A stretch of 64,000 nucleotides of DNA, taken from positions 930,001-994,000 of the forward strand of contig OZ361258.1 of the NCBI GenBank assembly GCA_977018835.1, given 5' to 3'. A model generated the notes under the pieces. It did not search any database. It was given only the letters and a program-made list of their open reading frames with translations, and was not told where the DNA came from. The position numbers were made by a program, and so were the translations under genes. This document shows, piece by piece, positions 57,701 through 64,000 of this stretch. Every line of letters begins with the position of its first letter. The stretch's first letter is position 1. The stretch is from Minutocellus sp. GHC0000111. Taxonomy: Eukaryota.

Positions 57701-58783
57701 GGTGTGATGCTTTGTGCAAAGAAGGGAGGCGTTCCTGGCAAAGCACCATTCCCTCGCCAATCAGATACCTCAATACCTTCAGAGACCACAGCGGTGTTTG
57801 CAAGAAGAACCGCCTCGCCGACGGTAACAGCAGTGTTGGGTACACAGGTGCCATTTGTGGGCTGTGTAACATCAACCTCGGGATTAGGTACCGGTTTCAC
57901 TCCAGTGTCATTCACTTGAGGTCGGGGGGAAGCAGATGTATGCAGTCTCATTATAGCCTCCCGCGGTGCTCCTGTTTGTTACGCCCGGTACAATAGCCAC
58001 CTGGTCCGTCCGTTCGCTTTCGTTGTAAACATAAACAAGACTGTAAACGATGAGCACACAGAATGTGATGTAATATGCGGTCATGATCGAAAGGACTGTG
58101 CGGTTGGATAGCCTTTCCAGCAAATAAACATTGGTGTCTATTATGTGATTTCCCATCGATAATAACTTCTTCGCCGATCTAGACAGCGTAGCCTTCTCAA
58201 TAATTTCGGGCTCGAACTTGTCGGATTCATTTTTCTCTACTTCGTTGGTCTGTGGTGGCATAGGTACCGGCACTGGTATTGGCACCGGCAACGACGTGGT
58301 ACTTCGGTCGATGTTATCATCGCCACCTGCTATGCCAATTTGATCACTGAAAAGCGTGCTTTCACTTATCGAACCCTTGCAGCTCTGAAAATCATCCGTC
58401 AAGACATCGGATTGGGCGAAGACTTCACCGACTACGCTGCTGGGCCTGCTACCAGTTCTACTACTTGGGCTGATTACAGAAGCCGCATCAAAGAACATGT
58501 GGGAATCGTCATCTTCTTCGCCACCACTCCACATTTCTTGGCCATCTTCATCGGCGGAGTAGAAGCTATCATCGTCGCTATCGCTACCATCCAGATGTCC
58601 ACCACCAATCTCTGGTATTACCGACGCTCTTCTTTCGACTTCATCCTGCTCGATCCGCCGGTCCTTCCGCTCTTGGTCAGGCTGTTCACTCCACCGAATG
58701 TCGCGATACTCATCATGCTCGGCATCGTACACAATATCCTGCGGCTTGATGGAAGACAACCACACCGGTCTCTGGCGCCTCAT
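54759..58783 (-). pseudogene. TMEM181/Wntless-like multi-TM domain fused to class 3 lipase; frameshifts near 57925 and 57665
   Basis: EQRWLLML...YNN and FYWPK in the TM region; SFRGT, HFGF, GHSLGG, YGAPRPGD, DVI, YAHVG. Three consecutive ORFs in three frames. Confidence 0.72.
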
Positions 58784-58794
58784 TCTTTCTACTC

Positions 58795-58826
58795 GTACGT
58801 GTTGTCACCGGTACGTGTTGTCACCG
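58795..58826. repeat. 16-bp perfect tandem duplication
   Basis: GTACGTGTTGTCACCG x2, just upstream of the lipase ATG. Confidence 0.9.
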
Positions 58827-59231
58827 GTCGAGGAGCTTTTTAGTCGTCGCGCGCCGACGCAAAGATGCGCCTGCGAATTCAATCGATACCCAAGCCGCTG
58901 CAAGTAATAGTAAAAGAACAAAGGTGGAAACAGTCGCCGCGCAGAGCCCGACCAATGGAGCGACGATGGTCGAAGCCTCGGCCTCTCGGCGGTCCCCCAA
59001 AGTATGGTCGCTTCCGGCCATGCCCAACGCGCAACACGGGATTCGTACTGTTTCTGAGTCGTCATGATGAAGCCAAAAGAAAGAATGTGCACGATTTTGC
59101 CATATTGCTTAGGAGTCAGTCTGTTCTACATGACTCGTTTTCTTGTGGCTCGCAGCTAGCTACAGCTGTAGATTTAGGCGCAAGCATTTGATTAGCTATT
59201 ATCTAACTCTCTAGATCTAAGCAACGGAGTT

Positions 59232-59618
59232 TTAGACACCATCGTCTTCGTCGTCAACGTCGTCAACGCTCCTCGCTAAAAAACGATGCCGATCACGCAA
59301 CTCCACCCTCCTTTTCTCAAGAGCAGCCTCGCAGATTGACAACATTACATCTTCCGCCTCGATCATAATCTCTTTCCGTATTTGTACAAGTTCCTTCTCA
59401 AAGCCATGGATAATTGCATCGCCTTGTGACCTTAGATCCCCACCTGGAATGGCATCTCCTGCGGTAGTACCGTCGGGGTTTCGCGAGCCACCTGTGGGTT
59501 CACTTGTTGAGGCAACTCGGAATTGAGAAGGAGTCTTGGGATGTGGCCACCGATGGGCGTCAACTATCGGGTATAAGATGCAAAGCCAAGTAGCGATGCT
59601 TTTTTTAATCCTTGGCAT
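59232..59618 (-). CDS. Short signal-peptide protein, possibly truncated
   Basis: 128-aa ATG ORF with hydrophobic N-terminus and a coiled-coil-like segment. Confidence 0.45.
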   Translation of the reverse strand: MPRIKKSIATWLCILYPIVDAHRWPHPKTPSQFRVASTSEPTGGSRNPDGTTAGDAIPGGDLRSQGDAIIHGFEKELVQIRKEIMIEAEDVMLSICEAALEKRRVELRDRHRFLARSVDDVDDEDDGV

Positions 59619-59881
59619 TGGTACTTGGCGAGTTACTTTTCATTTTGATGTAAAACTTATGACGCCGCTTTCTACTACGTACCTAGGTACGTAATAGGCC
59701 CCGGAGACAGCATGCCAGTCCATATCAATCACCTCAGCCTTGTGATGCCGCCGCGCTGGGGGAAAACGCACAGAGGGCCGCTCCAACGACGAATGGTTTT
59801 GATATCTGTCCAGATTAATCACCATCGATCGAACAAAACCATTCGCCTTACAAATTAAGCTGCAGCTGTAATTGGACAACA

Positions 59882-61249
59882 ATGAGTAATGACAGCAGTA
59901 GCGACCTGGACAAGAGGCAGACATCAACGCTGCCGAGGATGCCGAGTCCGTGTGAGCTTCCTGGCGGAGCGCTGCCAGCGCAAAGCTCAAGCACGAAGGT
60001 GCTCATGATGGCATCAAATAGCATCACGATGCAGCCGTCCCGACGCAGCTCGATGAATAGCCACGTCTCTTCTCGTTCTTTTGATATTGATCCCAACGCC
60101 GACCTTATCAAGCCAACATCGTCTGATGACACCATTGATATCAACGCCGAAATTCAACGCATATTGGGGGAAGATAGCGACAAATCTACTTCCAGTCACG
60201 TGGAATCGTCGGCCGGTAGAACGAATTCGAGCTCTCTTGGATGCACTGAGGAGACTCAAGACGTAGGCGAAGATGCTCTGGAAGTCGCCGACAGCACCAA
60301 GACTTCTCCTGTCCATTACAAGCAGCCACTCTCTCCACAAGAGGATACCGGATCTCTGGCTCTTATCGCAGCAGCGGCGGCGGCCGCAATCTCAGCACCG
60401 AATGAGTCAACTGCCATGCCATGTGCAGCGGCAAATGATGAGCAACGACAGAGAATTGATTTGAGAGGGGTCTCTCATTCCATGGTCGGCGATCGCAACG
60501 AGCCATATGAATCAAAGGCTTGCGACGATGCTTCTGGGGATCCGTATTCCGTGGTGCACCAACAGCATTCACACAGCTTTAGCGGCGGTGGCGTCTATCT
60601 CGAGTACAACACTCTATCAAATGCCAACACGCTTGTTGCAGGGATGACAGTCAATGGAGCCCAGGGATATAGTGAATATATTCCAGCATCCCACAGCTTT
60701 GGCATGACCATTCATCCATCGGCCATGGGGACGGGAGTGGCATGTGCTCCTAATACTTGGAGTAGAAACGGCCACAGCCCTCCTGCAGACGAAGTTGGTA
60801 GAGTTGAAGAGGTCACAGAAACAAAGAGATGGAGAAGAAGGCGGCCCAAGAAGAAGAAGGCGTCGTCTTCGCCGGAAAAACAAAAGATCCCATTCGAGCG
60901 CAGGCCGGCCAAGGGACCAGGATCGCGCGGCAAGAGAGGGAGCTACAAGTGCCGTCTCTGTGGCCAGGCCAAAGCGAAACACATCTGCTCGGCTGTCGAA
61001 CCTTACGATGCATCTTTGCAGGAGGATGCACAAGTTCAGACCGAAACTACTTTTGCCGACGAAAAGATTGCACTCAGTAGCGGTATCAGAGTGATTGCAG
61101 TCCGCGAGAGGAAAGCTGGAGAAGTTTCGGTGAATATGCTGGATGAGAAAGACGAGAAATTAGGCGAAGAAGCTGGCGAGGTAATTCTGAACGTTGGCCA
61201 TGGCAATGGCGAGGAGGGTGAGGACGCCATACCCTTCGCGGCGGTGTAA
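59882..61249 (+). CDS. Low-complexity nuclear protein with a CxxC-H-C zinc motif
   Basis: NLS RRRRPKKKK; RGSYKCRLCGQAKAKHIC. Confidence 0.75.
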   Translation: MSNDSSSDLDKRQTSTLPRMPSPCELPGGALPAQSSSTKVLMMASNSITMQPSRRSSMNSHVSSRSFDIDPNADLIKPTSSDDTIDINAEIQRILGEDSDKSTSSHVESSAGRTNSSSLGCTEETQDVGEDALEVADSTKTSPVHYKQPLSPQEDTGSLALIAAAAAAAISAPNESTAMPCAAANDEQRQRIDLRGVSHSMVGDRNEPYESKACDDASGDPYSVVHQQHSHSFSGGGVYLEYNTLSNANTLVAGMTVNGAQGYSEYIPASHSFGMTIHPSAMGTGVACAPNTWSRNGHSPPADEVGRVEEVTETKRWRRRRPKKKKASSSPEKQKIPFERRPAKGPGSRGKRGSYKCRLCGQAKAKHICSAVEPYDASLQEDAQVQTETTFADEKIALSSGIRVIAVRERKAGEVSVNMLDEKDEKLGEEAGEVILNVGHGNGEEGEDAIPFAAV

Positions 61250-61291
61250 TGTGTTGTGCATCGTGGATTGTTGGACACGTAGAGTAAATCT

Positions 61292-62572
61292 TTAGAGCAA
61301 CGACATGATTTGATCGGGCAACACGATACCATTCTGTTTCAACAGAGCCTTTCCCATGCGACGCTGAGGCAGGCTACCGAGCAATCCCTTGAGGCGAAGG
61401 CACGCCAGCTCATGCTCGTCCAGATCGCCCGGTCGGAGCGGTCCGTTGCCCTCCCCATCGCTCTTGCTGCTCATGTGCGCCAACGTGATGCTCGTGGCCA
61501 CACTCAAGTTGAAGCTCTCGGCAAATCCGCACATGGGCAACGTGAAGGTCTTGTCGGCCAACCCGCGCATCTCTTCCGATATGCCCCGCTCTTCGTTGCC
61601 CATCACCACGCACACCGGACCGGCGGCATCCCAGTCCAGTTCTCGCACGTCGACGCTGTCGGGGTTGAGATCGGTGGCCCATATCTGATAACCCTGGGCC
61701 TTGATCTGGGCGACGGCATCGGCCGTACTCATGTGATTGCGCAGCGTCAGCCACTTGGCGCTGCCCATGGCCGTGCGCATGCCGGACTTGGCGCTGATGG
61801 CCATCTTGCCCTCGTACATGCCCGAGTCGATGATGACGTCGACGTTCTGCACCCCAAAGGAATCGATGGTGCGGAGGCACGCCCATACGTTCGAAGGGTT
61901 GGAGGGATTCTCGTACAAAAATTTGGCCCGCTTCGTCCGCTGCCCCAGCACCGTGTCGATGCGTTCCACTCGGTCGGCATTGATGTACGGCTCCAGTACG
62001 GCCATGGCCGATGATACCAGCTCGGGGGTGAGGCTCTTGTAGGCCTCGTTGAGCTCGTCCATCCTCTTGGCCGCCTCCCGGTCCTTGATGGCTTCGAGTT
62101 TGGTCACCTTGGCAAAGTCCTCGGCGGAATCCTGACCGCGGGCAATCTGATTGAGCAAATTTTGCGATTCATTGTCACCGTCGCTGCCATTGCCTGAAAA
62201 GCGAGTGTCCAATTTGGGATTGGTGGAGAAATCGAACGTCTCCCACGACAGCTCGCCGTCGGTGGCCTCGCTGGGTTCGGCCGACACCTTGTCGAGCTTG
62301 CGGGGATGGTTGACTGTATTTTTTTTCGACGACGACGAAGAAAAGAGGCGAGTGCTGGTGCTGCTCTGCATCTGACTCAGGTGCGAGCTCATCATGGAGG
62401 AGGAGGAAGCAGGCATGAAAGCCGCCGCGACGCAGTGACCTCCTCCTCGTCTGATCGCCGCACAAGCATGTAGGGTTGCCATGGTGAATGTGAATGTCTT
62501 TGCGTGCATCTGCGATATGAATGGCGGCTGTTGGTGCTGGGAGCGGCGGAGGCGGTTGCTGCTCGTCGTCAT
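61292..62572 (-). CDS. trmH: SpoU/TrmH-family tRNA 2'-O-methyltransferase, organelle-targeted
   Basis: ENPSNPSNVWACLRTIDSFG, VMGNEERGIS, LPMCGFAESFNLSVA. Confidence 0.88.
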   Translation of the reverse strand: MTTSSNRLRRSQHQQPPFISQMHAKTFTFTMATLHACAAIRRGGGHCVAAAFMPASSSSMMSSHLSQMQSSTSTRLFSSSSSKKNTVNHPRKLDKVSAEPSEATDGELSWETFDFSTNPKLDTRFSGNGSDGDNESQNLLNQIARGQDSAEDFAKVTKLEAIKDREAAKRMDELNEAYKSLTPELVSSAMAVLEPYINADRVERIDTVLGQRTKRAKFLYENPSNPSNVWACLRTIDSFGVQNVDVIIDSGMYEGKMAISAKSGMRTAMGSAKWLTLRNHMSTADAVAQIKAQGYQIWATDLNPDSVDVRELDWDAAGPVCVVMGNEERGISEEMRGLADKTFTLPMCGFAESFNLSVATSITLAHMSSKSDGEGNGPLRPGDLDEHELACLRLKGLLGSLPQRRMGKALLKQNGIVLPDQIMSLL

Positions 62573-62600
62573 CTTGCTTGGGGGCTGGAGACACTCTCAC

Positions 62601-64000
62601 GGAGGTGGAGGAGGTGGACATCACCACCATCATCATCATGGTCATGGACACCACGGCCACGGGCAGCGTCACAAGGCCCACCCCTCCGAACGCTACGTCG
62701 ACGGGCCGTTGCTGTGCGAGTACCTGTGGAACGAGGAGGTCAAGGGAAGTGACAATAAGGACCACGGCAAGGAGGACAATACGGAGGAGAAGAAGGTAGA
62801 TGATGCCGCCGAAGACGGTGATGATGACGACAAGAAGGAACATGACGATGGTGGTGATGACAAGCCCAAGGATGAGAATGAGGATTCTGCCAATGCCAAT
62901 AATAGTGCCGACGAGGCCAAGAAGGAGAACGACGCTGAAAACGACAATGGCGGCACCGACGAGGACGAAGCGGCAACCATCACCACCACCACCTACTCCA
63001 ACTACGTCTCCACGTACTGCCTGTCGTACGTGCGCACCTTCTTCAACGACCATCTCGACGATGCCTGGTTCCGCAATCGGTACTCACCCCTCGAACGGCG
63101 GAGGGTGGCGCAGACCGAGCGCGATCGCAAGGCGTACGAGGCCAGGATCATGATTGCCGGTGCCACGGAAAGTCTGGAGAAGCAGAATTCCGCTACCATC
63201 ACCAAGAAGGAGGAGGAAGGCGATGCTGATGGGGGTGGGGGTGGTAGTGAGGAGGACAAGCCCTGTGACTTTGTCCTTGCCGCACGTCTTTCGGGTGGGA
63301 AAAAGCCCGGTGCGGGTGGTACCGCCGGTGCCGGTGGCGGCAGCGCTGAGGGCGTTGGGATGGACGCTGCTCTTCCCTCCTCTCGCGGCGGCGATGCAGG
63401 TGGTACCCGCGACAAGAAGAGGGGTGGCAGCACTGCTGCTGCTCCCTCGGATGTCCCCCAGACCCATGTCCATGCCTCGGTATCGTCCAACCGCACCCTT
63501 CGCGTCCTCGACGTGCCGTGTCACGTCACCGACAAGCAGCTGTCAGATGCCCTGGCCGATCATGTCGATCTGCCCGCCGCCAGCGGCAAGGGCAGCAACG
63601 GCGGCATCGTTGCGGTCTATTCCACCACGGTCGGAGGTGATTCGCACGGTTCTGCCTCGGGCGTTGGCACACATGATCATTGGAAGCGCCGCGATGGTGG
63701 TTCAGGAGGTGGCGGCTTTCTGGATCGCAGTTGCTTTGTTGTCATGGAGAGTGTGGAGGCGAGGGTAAGTGAACTGTTGTTTCGTTTTATTCATTTATTT
63801 GTGGCACCTGTTATTTGGCTGTCAATGGCTAAACCTTGTTGCATTCATTACTTGTTCTCTTGTTCGTGTGCCGCAGGAAAATCTCCTTGAGAATCTAACC
63901 AAGGCCAACGAGGATTCTCACCGTCGCCGCCACCGAGGAGACAAGGACAAGGGCAAAGGGCCGGCTGCATTCCTAGAGCTCGACGTCGACTGCACGGATC
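62601..64000 (+). CDS. SRRT: SERRATE/Ars2-like protein, lacking its 5' end; intron 63765-63876; runs off the window
   Basis: HPSERY..PLLCEYLW, YCLSYVRTFFNDHLDDAWFRNRYSP; splice joins EAR|ENLLE...LELDVDCTD. Confidence 0.72.

Noticed and set aside
62481..62680. Separate His-rich metal-binding secreted protein
   Set aside because: The apparent signal peptide is the antisense of the TrmH N-terminus, and the His run is contiguous with SERRATE sequence.

Overview
Gene-dense eukaryotic nuclear DNA, most likely from a diatom: short GT-AG introns of about 100-185 bp and several bipartite 'ASAF'-type plastid-targeting N-termini. About 30 genes or gene remnants are recognisable. They include a spliced, full-length nitric oxide synthase, a Vtc4-type polyphosphate polymerase head-to-head with a secreted LTD-CotH kinase, a TTL-like ligase, an HDAC, a MATE transporter, a SET protein, spastin, INTS1, fadH, a TMEM181-like/lipase-3 fusion, TrmH and SERRATE/Ars2. 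There are two adjacent mobile-element relics: a TA-flanked DD38D mariner with TIRs, and a PIF1-helicase relic strongly depleted in TpA and CpG. At least five apparent deletion junctions fuse or truncate unrelated genes, and many frameshifts and key-residue substitutions are present, so the region looks like a decaying duplicate or haplotype (assembly error cannot be excluded). The most system-like candidate is the VTC(+beta-propeller)/CotH divergent pair. All family calls come from motif recognition by eye; no database searches were run.
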